The position numbers and the translations under genes are program-made. From Pyrinomonadaceae bacterium (GTDB lineage Bacteria > Acidobacteriota > Blastocatellia > Pyrinomonadales > Pyrinomonadaceae), in contig JAYVGL010000167.1 in NCBI GenBank assembly GCA_043772175.1, forward strand, positions 1 to 50,487: a DNA stretch of 50,487 nt, written 5' to 3'. Below, one piece after another: positions 33,969 through 44,243 of the stretch. The notes beneath the pieces are model-generated. The model ran no database searches, was not told the origin of the DNA, and was given only the letters and a program-made list of their open reading frames with translations. The stretch's first letter is position 1; each line of letters begins with the position of its first letter.

Positions 33969-34184
33969 ATGTCAAAAGATACGATCAATGTCGGCGGCGA
34001 AGATAGAGTAGTCAGAGAAGATACGGCGAAAGCGTATCGCGGAACAATGTGGATTCTGGGAGTCGTCGGGATGGTTTTGGTAACGGCGTTAATTCTATTT
34101 TTCGTGTTTCTCGGGACTTCGATGTTCAGCACCGATTTGCAGAGTCCGAAGGCAATCGAAGAAAAAAGACAGCCGGGACAGTGA
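33969..34184 (+). CDS. small single-TM membrane protein
   Basis: AGGGGG ribosome-binding site upstream of the ATG. TM helix WILGVVGMVLVTALILFFVFLG. Confidence 0.6.
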   Translation: MSKDTINVGGEDRVVREDTAKAYRGTMWILGVVGMVLVTALILFFVFLGTSMFSTDLQSPKAIEEKRQPGQ

Positions 34185-34190
34185 GTAACG

Positions 34191-34247
34191 GAAAATGGAA
34201 AGTGGAAAAAGTGAAGGCAGATTCTTCACTTTTCACTTTCCATTTTC
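34191..34247. repeat. hairpin element with TGGAAA-repeat arms
   Basis: GAAAATGGAAAGTGGAAAAAGTGAAG (34191-34216) pairs with CTTCACTTTTCACTTTCCATTTTC (34224-34247) with a 2-nt bulge. The arm resembles the repeat at 11118-11156. Confidence 0.85.
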
Positions 34248-34266
34248 TATTTTCCACTAGAAGTTT

Positions 34267-35343
34267 ATGTTGGTTTTAGGAATTGAAAGTTCGTGCGATG
34301 AGACGGCGGCGGCGATTATTAAAGACGGCAGCGTGATTTTGTCGTCGGTGATCTCCTCGCAAATCGAACTGCATAAACCGTTCGGCGGCGTTGTGCCGGA
34401 ACTGGCGGCGCGGGAACATCTGGAAAAAATCGATCCGATTGTGGACGAAGCGTTGGAGAAAGCCGGTGTCGGGTTAAAAGACATTGACGCGATTGCCGTC
34501 ACCAGAGGTCCGGGCTTGATCGGCTCTTTGTTGGTCGGCGTGTGTTACGCCAAAGCCTTAGCGTTCGGGTTGGAAATTCCCTGCATCGGTGTCAATCACA
34601 TCGAAGGACATATTTTTTCGGTCGCTTTTGAAAATCCGCCGATTCGTTTCCCGGCGTTCGCGCTGATCGTGTCCGGCGGACACACCAATCTTTTCTTCGT
34701 TCCCGAAGCCGGACAATACAAAGTTATTGCGCGAACCCGCGACGACGCGGCGGGCGAAGCGTTCGATAAAGTGGCGAAAATGCTCGGACTCGAATATCCG
34801 GGCGGACCGATTATCGAAAAGATCGCGCTGGAAGGCGACGCGGAACGAATAAAATTTCCGATTGCGAAAATTTCCGACGGCAGACCGGATTTCAGTTTCA
34901 GCGGTTTGAAAACGGCGGTTTCGCGTTATGTCAGGGAAAATGAAATTGAAAAGGTCGGCGCAGACAAAATAGTTTCGCAGGAAATCAAAGACATCGCGGC
35001 GAGTTTTCAGGCGACGGTCATTAAATCCCTGATGAAAAACGTCGGCAAACTCGCCGCCGAATATCATCCGAAAACCTTCATCGTCGCCGGCGGCGTAGCT
35101 TGCAATAACGCTCTGCGCGAAGCGGCAAAGACGGTCGGCGAGCGATTGACAATTCCAGTCTATTTTCCGTCGAAACATCTCTCGACCGACAACGCGGCGA
35201 TGATCGCCGCCGCCGGATACTTTCATCTTCAGCGCGGCGAAAAATCCGACTTGCGAATGACGGCGGACGTTTCGATGCGTTTGCAAAACCTCGAAAACGA
35301 AGACGCGGAATTGAAGCGGAAAAAAGTTCGCTACCGTTTGTGA
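34267..35343 (+). CDS. tsaD: tRNA N6-adenosine threonylcarbamoyltransferase TsaD
   Basis: LGIESSCDETAAAI, NHIEGHIF, and the full-length Kae1/Gcp layout. Confidence 0.95.
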   Translation: MLVLGIESSCDETAAAIIKDGSVILSSVISSQIELHKPFGGVVPELAAREHLEKIDPIVDEALEKAGVGLKDIDAIAVTRGPGLIGSLLVGVCYAKALAFGLEIPCIGVNHIEGHIFSVAFENPPIRFPAFALIVSGGHTNLFFVPEAGQYKVIARTRDDAAGEAFDKVAKMLGLEYPGGPIIEKIALEGDAERIKFPIAKISDGRPDFSFSGLKTAVSRYVRENEIEKVGADKIVSQEIKDIAASFQATVIKSLMKNVGKLAAEYHPKTFIVAGGVACNNALREAAKTVGERLTIPVYFPSKHLSTDNAAMIAAAGYFHLQRGEKSDLRMTADVSMRLQNLENEDAELKRKKVRYRL

Positions 35344-35349
35344 GAACAA

Positions 35350-35426
35350 TTCAAGATTCAGAATTCAGAATTCAGGATTCAGGATTCTAAACTAGCCGTC
35401 GTCAATCCTGAATCCTGAATCTTGAA
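35350..35426. terminator. bidirectional hairpin between convergent genes, arms built from GRATTCA heptamers
   Basis: TTCAGGATTCAGGATT (35371-35386) pairs perfectly with AATCCTGAATCCTGAA (35404-35419). About 4.9 tandem heptamers occupy 35354-35387. Confidence 0.7.
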
Positions 35427-35427
35427 C

Positions 35428-38136
35428 TTAACCCGTCTCCGTATATTCGCCGCTCGGTTCATTCTCAAAGCTGCCGATTTGCTGCAACATTTTGCCGATC
35501 AAACCCGTCCAGCCGGTTTGATGGCTCGCGCCCAAACCGCCGCCGCGGTCGCCGTGAAAATACTCGAAAAACAAAATGTAATCGCGCCAGTGCGGGTCGG
35601 TTTGAAACTTTTCCGTCGTGCCGAAAACGGCGCGTCTGCCTTCCGCGTCCTTCAGGAAAATGTTCGACAAACGCCCGGATAATTCCTGCGACACTTCCCA
35701 CAAAGTCAGCATTTTTTCCGAGCCGGTCGGAAACTCGATTTTGAAACTGTCGCCATAGTAAAAATCGAACTTCTGTAAAGATTCGATAATCAGAAAATTC
35801 ATCGGAAACCAGATCGGACCGCGCCAATTCGAGTTGCCGCCGAACATTCCCGTGTGCGATTCCGCCGGTTCATAACCGACTTCAAATTTATGTTCGCCGA
35901 TTTGAAATTGATACGGATTCGTTTTGTAATGGCGCGAAAGGGCGCGAATGCCGTAATCGGACAGAAATTCGGCTTCCGACAGCATCGTTCGCAGAATTCG
36001 CCGCAACCGGTCTTTGTTGACAATCGCCAGAATGTGTCGGTTTTCCCGTCCCGATTCGTCCATTCGCGCGATGTCTTCGGTTAAATCCGGGCGATTTTGA
36101 AAAAACCATTCGGTGCGTTTTTTGAACGCCGGCAACTCGTCGAGCCAATCTTTTTCCAGAGTTTCGACGGCGAACAAAGGAATCAAACCGACCATCGAAC
36201 GCAGTCGAATCGGGATGTTGCGCTCGTTCGGCAGATGCAGAACGTCGTAATAAAAGCCGTCGCGTTCGTTCCAGAGTTCGGTGTTTTCGTTGCCGAGGTT
36301 GTTCATCGCGTCGGCGATATAGACGAAATGCTCGAAAAATTTGCTCGCCACGTCTTCGTAAACTTTATCTTCTTTGGCTAATTCGAGTGCGATTGCCAGC
36401 ATATTCAAGCAATACATCGCCATCCAGCTCGTGCCGTCCGACTGTTCGAGAAAGCCGCCGTCGGGCAGTTCCGTGTTGCGGTCGAAAACGCCGATGTTGT
36501 CCAAACCCAAAAATCCGCCTTCAAAGACGTTGTTGCCTTCTGCGTCCTTGCGATTGATCCACCAGGTGAAATTGAGCAGTAACTTGTGAAAGATTTTTTC
36601 GAGAAAAACCCGGTCGGGCGTGCCGCACCGTTTGGCTTCGATTTGATAGACGCGCAGTGCCGCCCAAGCGTGAACCGGCGGATTGACATCGCCGAACGCC
36701 CATTCGTAAGCCGGAATCTGTCCGTTCGGGTGCATATACCATTCGCGCAAAAAAAGCAGCAGTTGGCTTTTGGCAAACTCCGAATCAATAATCGCCAAAG
36801 AAACGCAGTGAAAAGCCAAATCCCACGCCGCATACCACGGATATTCCCATTTGTCCGGCATCGAAATCACGTCGTCGTTGTAGAGATGTTTCCATTCTTT
36901 GTTCCTACCGCTTTTGCGCGGCGCGGGCGGCGGCGAAAATTTGCCGTCGCCGTCGAGCCACGATTTGACGACGTAATGATAAAACTGTTTTGACCAGAGC
37001 ATTCCCGCTAAACCCTGCCGCATCACATTTTTCGCGTCGTCGCTTAGATTATTCGGAATGATTTCCGCGTAAAACTCATCGGCTTCTCTGATGCGTTCGA
37101 CGAAGATGTTTTCGCAGCTTCGGATAAATTCGTCGTGATGCTCGAACGGCTGACCGCTGTCCGCTGACTGCCGACGGCTAAGGCGCAAATAAATCGTTTC
37201 CGACGACTGCGCCGCGATGTTGAAAACGTGATGCGCGGCGGCTTTCGTTCCGGTCTGCTGCGAATTGACGGCTTTTTCACTGCCGTTGATGATGTAATCG
37301 CCGATGCCGTCTTTGGCGTATGGCGAATCGTTTGCGCCGCCGAAAATCTTTTGATAATTCGTTTCGTTCTCGGTGAATAAAAGGTTGGACGAACCTTCGC
37401 AAGTTAAAAAATAGTCGCCTAATTTTTCTTCCGTCAGATGAATCGTCGCTAAGTTTTCCGCCGCGTTTTTCACTTCGCGCATCACGGGTTTTTGCGCTTT
37501 TTCATACCACGACCAGCGGTTGCGAAACCAGACCGTCGGCAGAATATGAAGCGGCGCGGCTTCACTCCCGCGATTGTGCGCCGTGATTTTGATGCAGATG
37601 TCTTCGGTGTCGGCTTTGGCGTATTCGATGAAAACGTCGAAGTATCGGTCGTCGTCGAAAACGCCCGTGTCCATCAATTCGTATTCGGGTTGTGATTTGT
37701 CGCGCCTGGCGTTTTCTTCGTAGATTTTCTGATAAGGAAACGGGCTTTGCGGATATTTGTAAAGGTATTTTTGGTAAGAATGCGTCGGCGTGTTGTCGAG
37801 ATAAAAATAGTATTCTTTGACATCTTCGCCGTGACTGCCCGTGTCGCCGCCGAGTCCGAACAGGCGTTCTTTCAAAATCGCGTCCTGCCCGTTCCACAGC
37901 GCGACGGCGAAACAGATGCGCTGCCGCCGGTCGCAGATTCCGGCGATGCCGTCTTCGTTCCAGCGATACGCCTTCAAATGCGATTGCTCAAACGGAAAAT
38001 AATTCCACGCCGCGCCGTCCGCCGAATAATCTTCGCGCACCGTTCCCCAGGCGCGTTCGGAGATGTAGCAGCCCCATTTTTTCCAGTCTTTTTCCTGCCG
38101 CCGCGTCTCTTCGAGTCGTTGTTCTTCTGTTTTCAT
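35428..38136 (-). CDS. GH63-like (MGH1-type) glycoside hydrolase
   Basis: Large (alpha/alpha)6-type sequence with [16 protein letters not shown] and [17 protein letters not shown] 38136 is preferred over TTG 38178. Confidence 0.8.
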   Translation of the reverse strand: MKTEEQRLEETRRQEKDWKKWGCYISERAWGTVREDYSADGAAWNYFPFEQSHLKAYRWNEDGIAGICDRRQRICFAVALWNGQDAILKERLFGLGGDTGSHGEDVKEYYFYLDNTPTHSYQKYLYKYPQSPFPYQKIYEENARRDKSQPEYELMDTGVFDDDRYFDVFIEYAKADTEDICIKITAHNRGSEAAPLHILPTVWFRNRWSWYEKAQKPVMREVKNAAENLATIHLTEEKLGDYFLTCEGSSNLLFTENETNYQKIFGGANDSPYAKDGIGDYIINGSEKAVNSQQTGTKAAAHHVFNIAAQSSETIYLRLSRRQSADSGQPFEHHDEFIRSCENIFVERIREADEFYAEIIPNNLSDDAKNVMRQGLAGMLWSKQFYHYVVKSWLDGDGKFSPPPAPRKSGRNKEWKHLYNDDVISMPDKWEYPWYAAWDLAFHCVSLAIIDSEFAKSQLLLFLREWYMHPNGQIPAYEWAFGDVNPPVHAWAALRVYQIEAKRCGTPDRVFLEKIFHKLLLNFTWWINRKDAEGNNVFEGGFLGLDNIGVFDRNTELPDGGFLEQSDGTSWMAMYCLNMLAIALELAKEDKVYEDVASKFFEHFVYIADAMNNLGNENTELWNERDGFYYDVLHLPNERNIPIRLRSMVGLIPLFAVETLEKDWLDELPAFKKRTEWFFQNRPDLTEDIARMDESGRENRHILAIVNKDRLRRILRTMLSEAEFLSDYGIRALSRHYKTNPYQFQIGEHKFEVGYEPAESHTGMFGGNSNWRGPIWFPMNFLIIESLQKFDFYYGDSFKIEFPTGSEKMLTLWEVSQELSGRLSNIFLKDAEGRRAVFGTTEKFQTDPHWRDYILFFEYFHGDRGGGLGASHQTGWTGLIGKMLQQIGSFENEPSGEYTETG

Positions 38137-38205
38137 TATTGGCTTTACGCTCGAATAAGCGAAAGAATTCCCCTTCAAGTTCGCATTCTGAATGTTCGTT
38201 GATTT

Positions 38206-38886
38206 TTATTTGTTGACCGCTGAAACCACACTGACAAATCCCTTTTCAAAAATCAAACGCATCACCCAGGGTTTCGACGAATCCTGATTATATTCGATTC
38301 GTTTCAGCGTTCCGCCCAAAAATAATTCGCTTTCGGGCAGACTGTTCAGCGGCTTCAGATCGTCGAAAACGACGTAATCGAACGAATGAATCGCCGTCCC
38401 TGCTTTGTTCGTCGCCGTCACCCGCAAAGCGCGTTCGTCGCCCGCGACGCGGCAGATATAATTAACGCGCTTTTGGCATTCGTTTAAAAAACGATGCGGC
38501 GGCAGAACGAATTCCGCCCCGTTAAATTCGCTCGCCGCATCGTCCAATTCCTTCCAAAGCGCGTTAACATTCGCCGGAACATTCGCGCCCGAAACCGCCA
38601 GAATTGTTCCCGCCAGCGCGTAAAGCCGCAGGTGACGCAGTTGGGCAAGCTGTTTTTTATCGTTGTCGGTTTTTAATTTTCGTAGATACTGCGCGGCGAC
38701 TGCCGCCGCTTTCGTCCAGTCTTCCGCTTCCAATGCGCCGGTCAAAACCTTCCATTCGGCATCGGAAAGTTCCGTTACCGTCGAATTTTGCACCGGCTTT
38801 GCGCCGCCGATCTTTACAGTCTGAGTTTTTTGGGCGAAACAAACTGCCGCCGAAGTCAAAATTACCAATAAAATAGCTTTCTTCAT
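38206..38886 (-). CDS. exported hypothetical protein
   Basis: Signal peptide MKKAILLVILTSAAVCFAQ. No family recognised. Confidence 0.7.
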   Translation of the reverse strand: MKKAILLVILTSAAVCFAQKTQTVKIGGAKPVQNSTVTELSDAEWKVLTGALEAEDWTKAAAVAAQYLRKLKTDNDKKQLAQLRHLRLYALAGTILAVSGANVPANVNALWKELDDAASEFNGAEFVLPPHRFLNECQKRVNYICRVAGDERALRVTATNKAGTAIHSFDYVVFDDLKPLNSLPESELFLGGTLKRIEYNQDSSKPWVMRLIFEKGFVSVVSAVNK

Positions 38887-38950
38887 AAATTACATCGTGT
38901 GTCTCGCCGATGTTTCTGCTGTCAAATCTCGCCTTTCGCTAAATTTATAC

Positions 38951-39170
38951 GGTGTAATGTTCATCTTGCACGGCTAAATAAGTCATTCGTCGTGTGCGAT
39001 GAGCAACTCACACGAACTAATTGACAATTTGATCGTGCGTAACGGTTAATTTGCACGGCTTGATATGCGGTTCATCGGGCGTAATGTGCAACTTGTCGTG
39101 TGCAATATGTAATTTATCGTGTGCAAAGTGCAATCTGCACGACCGAATGTAAAACTGCTCGCTGCTGTTT
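38951..39170. repeat. degenerate tandem array, about ten units with a 21-22 bp average period and a TGCACG / CGTG(T)GCA core
   Basis: Core motifs are centred near 38969, 38994, 39011, 39036, 39054, 39100, 39121 and 39139. GTAATG-like motifs recur in between. Confidence 0.7.
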
Positions 39171-39177
39171 ACGCATT

Positions 39178-42030
39178 TTATCGAACGCTGACGGAAACGT
39201 CTTTTCTGCCGCACGGCATCTCAAACGTAACCGTGAAAATTCCTTTCTTTTGGCTGACCGATTTGACGACGAACAAGGCGCGTTTCGTCTGCCCGCCGAT
39301 TGGCGAATCGAAAACGGCTTCGACATCGGCGGGACTGCTCGAAGTCGCTTTGATTTCTTCGACCGCGCCGTCGCCGACTAATTCGGCGATCAACGCCAGA
39401 CTGCCGCCGTCAACGACAACCGAAGCGGATTCCTGATTAAGAAGAATTTTACACGGCGGAATCGGCGCGGCTTCCGGTTCGACGACCACTCGCGGACGGC
39501 TTTCGCCGGTTTCTCCCAAAGATTTTTTCGGCGTACGGGTTTCGGTTTTCGGGACGGTAATGATAATCGGCTCAAACAGCGACTTTTGCGCCGGTTCGAC
39601 GGGCGGCGTTTTCACCGTTTCTTCAACTTCGACTTTTTCGGGCGTGATTTTAACGGCGGTCGGTGCGCTTTCCGCTGTTTCCGGCGGGCTTTTTATTTCG
39701 GCGGGCGCGACGATTTCGACGACCTTCGTTTCCGGTGTCGCGGCGGTGTCTTCCTTTTTAATTTCGGGCGATTCTTCTTTCTTAATCTCCGATGGCGGCG
39801 TAATTTCGGCGACTTTCATCTCTTCGATTTTCGGTTCTACAACTCTGGTTTCCGATGGCGGCGCAGGTTCGGTTTTGACCGTCGTCAGTTCGGTCGGCGC
39901 ACTTTTCGTCGCCGGTTTCGTGATGACCGTCGGCGACGGCGGAAGTGCTTTCGTCTGCGTGTTCGCCGCGTCCGGTGTCGGTTCGGCGTTCGGTATCGGT
40001 TCGATCTGAGCCGTTTCCGCCGCTGTCGTCTGCGTCGTCGTCGGCACATTTTGAACGGCAGGTTCGCCGATCAACGAAGCGGGTTTTTCGCCGATTTTCG
40101 CTTCCAAACCGTCGGTGCTGCCATTGACTCTCTGATAAACCGCCGCGACGACGGCGTATTTCGCCGAATCGGATTTGCCGCTCAGATAGCTTTTGACGTA
40201 GGCATCAAGCGCGTCCTTTAACTTTTCGTTCGCTTCCAGAGCCGTCCCGTATCGCCACTGTGAATCGCGCCACCACGAACTTCCCGGCGGCAGAATACTG
40301 ACGGCGCGTTTCAGGCGCACGACCGCTTCGGCGGATTTGCCGTCCTGAAATAACGCCCAGCCCGCCAAATCTTCGATTCTGCCGCGCAGGATGTTGGAAA
40401 GCGTCAGCCGTGAAACTTCCGGGACGACGATGATTTCGCCGCGTGTCAACGCCAGTTTTCGATTGTCGTAAAGCTCGTCCGCCAGCACTGCCGCCGCCGG
40501 ATTTGCGACGGTCAGCCCCGCGTCCACGCCGCCGCCGCCCGCCGCCGCTTTGGTTAGTTCCAGAACCTTCGGCAGATTCGATTTTTTATTTAATAAACGG
40601 CTGGCGACGAATAATTGGCGGTGCAGCTTCATTTTATCTTCGCCTTTGATAAATTCGTCGGCTTTGGCGATGATCGTTTCGTCGTTCGGCGCGGCTTCGA
40701 GTGTTTGGTAGAAATCGAGCAGCGACTTTAACCTGTCGGCATCTTCGGCGGTGTCCGCCGCGAGCGGTTGAAAAATACCGGCGCGGCGTTCGAGAGCCAG
40801 CAGTTCGATAAAATTTTTCGCTTCCTTCGAGACGCGCCCGCCAAGTTTGGTTTCGATCACGCCGTCCTTAATCGTAAAATTTCTCGCTAAACCTTCGGCG
40901 GCTTCGCGGTAAAATCCCGTCTGAAAACGGGCGGCGGCGAGTTCGTATTCGAGCGTCGGGAAATTACCGTATCGTTGGGCAGACAGCAACGCTTTCTCCG
41001 CCTCAAGCGGGCGTTTCTGCATTATCAATCCACGCGCCAGAGCGATGTGCGCCCAGGTGTAGCGCGGCTCGACGCTAACGGCTTTTTCCGCCAACCCAAT
41101 CGCTTTTGCGCCGTTGTTGTGCGCCGCATACCAATAAGCCGCGCCGACCAGAAGCGACAGATTATTCGGATTCGCGGCGAGAGATTTCGCCATTTCGCTC
41201 TCGGCTTCGGTTTTGTTTTCCGCGTCAAAAAGGGCGAGCGTCAAACCGGTTTGCGCCGCCGCGTCGTTCGCGTCTTTTTCCAGAATTTCGCGGTAGAGCG
41301 CGACCGCTTCGGACGGTTTGCCAACGGCGCGTTTCATCTCCGCCAGATTGCGTTTCGAGACGACGAAATTTGCGTCCAGTTCCAAAGCCTTTTGATAAGC
41401 GGCGACCGATTCTTCCAGTTTGAAATCGAGGCGTTCGGCGAGTCCGAGCATCTGGTAAGCGGCGGGCGTGTCGGGCGCGAGGGCGAGGGATTTTTCCGCC
41501 AGCCGTTTAACTTCTGCCGCGTTTTCCAAACCGAGATAAAATCCGGCGAGGGCGAGCGTCTGTTTGGCGTTGCCGCCGGCTTTTTCTTCGACCGTCCGCG
41601 CCGCCTCAATCGCCGCCGCTGTCTGTCCGCGCAGAAAAAGGCTGTTCGGAATCTGGATTAAAACTTCGGTGAAAAGTTTGTTGGAAACCGGCGGCGGCGC
41701 GTCAACGACGGCGCGTTTGAACAGTTCGATACCGCTTTCGGTTTCGCCCGCCTGCATTTTTTCATCGGCGAGCGCGGCGAGTGTGCTGACGAGCAGTTCG
41801 GAGACGCGAGTTTTTTCCGCCGATTTCGGAAAGTCCGCGAGAAATATCCGCAGGGAATTGATGCGCTCCGCTTTGTCGGTTTGCGCGGCGGCATTCTCTA
41901 ATTCTCCTTTTTCATTAACGGCGTTTTTCGCCGCCGCACTATTTCTCCTCGGCACACGCGGGCGCGATTTCTGAGCGAACGTCGTCTGCGATAATAAAAT
42001 CAACAAAAATAAAAGCGCGAATTTTCTCAT
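39178..42030 (-). CDS. exported TPR-repeat protein with a long Pro/Thr/Glu-rich linker and a C-terminal globular domain
   Basis: ATG 42030 gives the signal peptide MRKFALLFLLILLSQTTFAQ. Many TPR units follow (AYQKALELDANF, ALYREILEKDAND ...), then a low-complexity PTPDAANTQ...PPETAESAP stretch. Confidence 0.85.
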   Translation of the reverse strand: MRKFALLFLLILLSQTTFAQKSRPRVPRRNSAAAKNAVNEKGELENAAAQTDKAERINSLRIFLADFPKSAEKTRVSELLVSTLAALADEKMQAGETESGIELFKRAVVDAPPPVSNKLFTEVLIQIPNSLFLRGQTAAAIEAARTVEEKAGGNAKQTLALAGFYLGLENAAEVKRLAEKSLALAPDTPAAYQMLGLAERLDFKLEESVAAYQKALELDANFVVSKRNLAEMKRAVGKPSEAVALYREILEKDANDAAAQTGLTLALFDAENKTEAESEMAKSLAANPNNLSLLVGAAYWYAAHNNGAKAIGLAEKAVSVEPRYTWAHIALARGLIMQKRPLEAEKALLSAQRYGNFPTLEYELAAARFQTGFYREAAEGLARNFTIKDGVIETKLGGRVSKEAKNFIELLALERRAGIFQPLAADTAEDADRLKSLLDFYQTLEAAPNDETIIAKADEFIKGEDKMKLHRQLFVASRLLNKKSNLPKVLELTKAAAGGGGVDAGLTVANPAAAVLADELYDNRKLALTRGEIIVVPEVSRLTLSNILRGRIEDLAGWALFQDGKSAEAVVRLKRAVSILPPGSSWWRDSQWRYGTALEANEKLKDALDAYVKSYLSGKSDSAKYAVVAAVYQRVNGSTDGLEAKIGEKPASLIGEPAVQNVPTTTQTTAAETAQIEPIPNAEPTPDAANTQTKALPPSPTVITKPATKSAPTELTTVKTEPAPPSETRVVEPKIEEMKVAEITPPSEIKKEESPEIKKEDTAATPETKVVEIVAPAEIKSPPETAESAPTAVKITPEKVEVEETVKTPPVEPAQKSLFEPIIITVPKTETRTPKKSLGETGESRPRVVVEPEAAPIPPCKILLNQESASVVVDGGSLALIAELVGDGAVEEIKATSSSPADVEAVFDSPIGGQTKRALFVVKSVSQKKGIFTVTFEMPCGRKDVSVSVR

Positions 42031-42111
42031 ATAAATACTGTGAAACCGTTTTGATACGTTTGATAATCTGAAAATAATATCACGAAATTGCAATTCTCAC
42101 GCGCCGGTTTT

Positions 42112-42639
42112 ATGCTCGAAGCTATGAACGAACTCGACGAAGTTTGGTCGCAAAAATTAAATGCCGCGCTCGCCAAAGCCCAAACCGCCGGACAGGGCGA
42201 TGTCGCCGATTACCTCACGCTCCGCGCCACAAACGACGCTTTGCGCCAGACGAGTTTGAAATGGCTGTTCGGTTCTTTAATAGAAATCGCGGCGTTTGCC
42301 AACCGCAAAGGCAGCGCGATTGCGGTTGAAACCGAAAATCAGCATTGTTTCAGCTTCGGAAATTCCACGCTGCAAGGCGGACAAATTCGCTTGTCGCAGG
42401 GAGTTCGATGTCTGACGGTTGAAGCGGGTTGGACGCGCACGCCCGCCGACGGTTTTATGCGCGGCGGCGCACTGGCAATCGGTCGCGTCTCGCATTTCGG
42501 CATCTCCAAACACAACGTCGAACTTTTTTTAGTTTTGGAAGCAGATTCGCCGCGCTGGTTCGCCGCCGACAAAGACGGCAGACGCACGGTTTTCGATTCG
42601 AGACATTTGAACGAACATTTTGAGGTGTTTTTGGGCTAG
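42112..42639 (+). CDS. hypothetical protein
   Basis: Coding-like composition. No motif recognised. The start is uncertain (ATG 42112 or 42124). Confidence 0.55.
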   Translation: MLEAMNELDEVWSQKLNAALAKAQTAGQGDVADYLTLRATNDALRQTSLKWLFGSLIEIAAFANRKGSAIAVETENQHCFSFGNSTLQGGQIRLSQGVRCLTVEAGWTRTPADGFMRGGALAIGRVSHFGISKHNVELFLVLEADSPRWFAADKDGRRTVFDSRHLNEHFEVFLG

Positions 42640-42801
42640 AGCGCGATTGAAAATCAAAATCAGCGAACAGTTTCAAATTTTACATTCGGCATTTTTCATT
42701 TTGCTTTGGAAACTTTTTGCCGAGTGAAAGTTTAGAATGAAGAACGCAAAATTCAGAATTGTTTAGGTTTCTCGAATTTCCAAATAATCTGGGAGAAAAT
42801 T

Positions 42802-44085
42802 TTGTCGGAAAAAATCTACCGCGACTCGGTTCACAACATTATTCGGCTGAAAACCGACACGCCCGAAGGCAGACTGCTCGCCCGCCTCGTGGACACGGCG
42901 GAATTCCAGCGTCTGCGTCGCATCAAACAACTCGGACTCGCGCTGTTTGCGTATCAGGCGGCGGAACATTCGCGCTTTACGCACAGCTTGGGCGCGCTGC
43001 ACTTGGCGACGCGAACGCTCGACAAACTCCAGTCGAAATATAAAATTTCCATTGAAATAAACACCGCCGTCCGCTGTGCCGCGCTGCTGCACGACATCGG
43101 ACACGGCGCGTTCTCGCACGTCATCGAGCCGATTCTCGATTTTCACCACGAACAATTCACCATCGAAGCCGTGTTAAGCGACGAGACGGAGGTCGGACAA
43201 GTTTTGCGCGAATTCTCGGACGAGTTGCCGGAAAACGTCGCGGCAATCGTGCGCGGCGATTTTCGACCGATGGCTTTGGCGCAATTGGTTTCGTCGCAGT
43301 TAGACGTTGACCGGATGGATTATCTGTTGCGCGATTCACTGATGACCGGCGCAAAATACGGCATTTACGATCTCGAATGGATTATCAAATCGCTGGAAAT
43401 TGACGAAGAAAACGACCGTCTGTATGTGGCGGCGCGGGGCATTTACGCCGTCGAAGATTACTTGCAGGCGCGTTATTATATGTTCCGCCAAGTTTATTTT
43501 CACCGCACACTGCGGGCGGCAGAGGCGATTTTGAAATCGCTTCTGCGCCGCGCTTTGCGGCTTTTTGCCGACGGCAAATTTGTCTGGTTCGCTCGAAACA
43601 CGCCGTTTGAGAAGATTTTAAAAGGCGAAAAATTATCGCTCAAAGAACATCTCGCACTTGATGATTCGGACGTGATGTTTCACATCAAACAGTGGCAAAC
43701 GTCGGACGATTCGATTCTTTCGGATTTGGCGAAACGATTTTTGAATCGCCGATTATTTAAGGTTTTCGATCTTGATATGCCCGAAGCGGAACGACAGGAA
43801 TTCCTTGAAAAATCGAGAAAGCTGGTGAAAGATTCGGGCTTTGACACGGATTATTATTTTATCGAAGACTTCGCGGGCGACGTGCCGTATTATTTCTACA
43901 CGAAAGAGCGAACCGACGCGAAAAATATGATCTACGTCGAGGAAGGTTTTTCGCGTCCCGTGATCCGCGAAATCTCCGAAGTCAGCGCGGCGGTGCGCGG
44001 CTTGCAAAAAGGCTTTCAAATCCACCGCGTCTGCTTTCCGCCGGAATTAAAATCGGAAATGGCGAAACTTTACCGTCGTAAATAA
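42802..44085 (+). CDS. HD-domain phosphohydrolase, SAMHD1/COG1078-like (putative dNTP triphosphohydrolase)
   Basis: GGGAG ribosome-binding site with a TTG start. FQRLRRIKQLG, HSRFTHSLG, LLHDIGHGAFSH and DVDRMDYLLRDS. Confidence 0.85.
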   Translation: MSEKIYRDSVHNIIRLKTDTPEGRLLARLVDTAEFQRLRRIKQLGLALFAYQAAEHSRFTHSLGALHLATRTLDKLQSKYKISIEINTAVRCAALLHDIGHGAFSHVIEPILDFHHEQFTIEAVLSDETEVGQVLREFSDELPENVAAIVRGDFRPMALAQLVSSQLDVDRMDYLLRDSLMTGAKYGIYDLEWIIKSLEIDEENDRLYVAARGIYAVEDYLQARYYMFRQVYFHRTLRAAEAILKSLLRRALRLFADGKFVWFARNTPFEKILKGEKLSLKEHLALDDSDVMFHIKQWQTSDDSILSDLAKRFLNRRLFKVFDLDMPEAERQEFLEKSRKLVKDSGFDTDYYFIEDFAGDVPYYFYTKERTDAKNMIYVEEGFSRPVIREISEVSAAVRGLQKGFQIHRVCFPPELKSEMAKLYRRK

Positions 44086-44091
44086 AACGAA

Positions 44092-44177
44092 AATCGAACA
44101 GGATGAACAGGATTGACAGGATGTTTCTTTGCTGAAAAATATCCTGTCAATCCTGCCCATCCTGTTCGATTTTTTCT
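44092..44177 (+). terminator. rho-independent terminator built from CAGGAT repeats
   Basis: AATCGAACAGGATGAACAGGATTGACAGGAT (44092-44122) pairs with 44141-44171 (29/31), followed by TTTTTT. Confidence 0.8.
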
Positions 44178-44206
44178 TTCGCGCAAATTACTCTAAAATT
44201 AAAAGT

Positions 44207-44241
44207 AATTTGGAATTTGAAATCTGGAATCTGGAATCCGA
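44207..44241 (+). repeat. five tandem AATYTGR heptamers abutting the start codon of the ATPase gene
   Basis: AATTTGG AATTTGA AATCTGG AATCTGG AATCCGA, then AA-ATG (44244). Confidence 0.85.
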
Positions 44242-44243
44242 AA

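Noticed and set aside
39017-39214. A 65-aa minus-strand ORF (…HDKLHIAHDKLHIT…) crosses the second repeat array.
   Set aside because: It starts inside the 3' end of the TPR gene and is a repeat-generated open frame with no start context.
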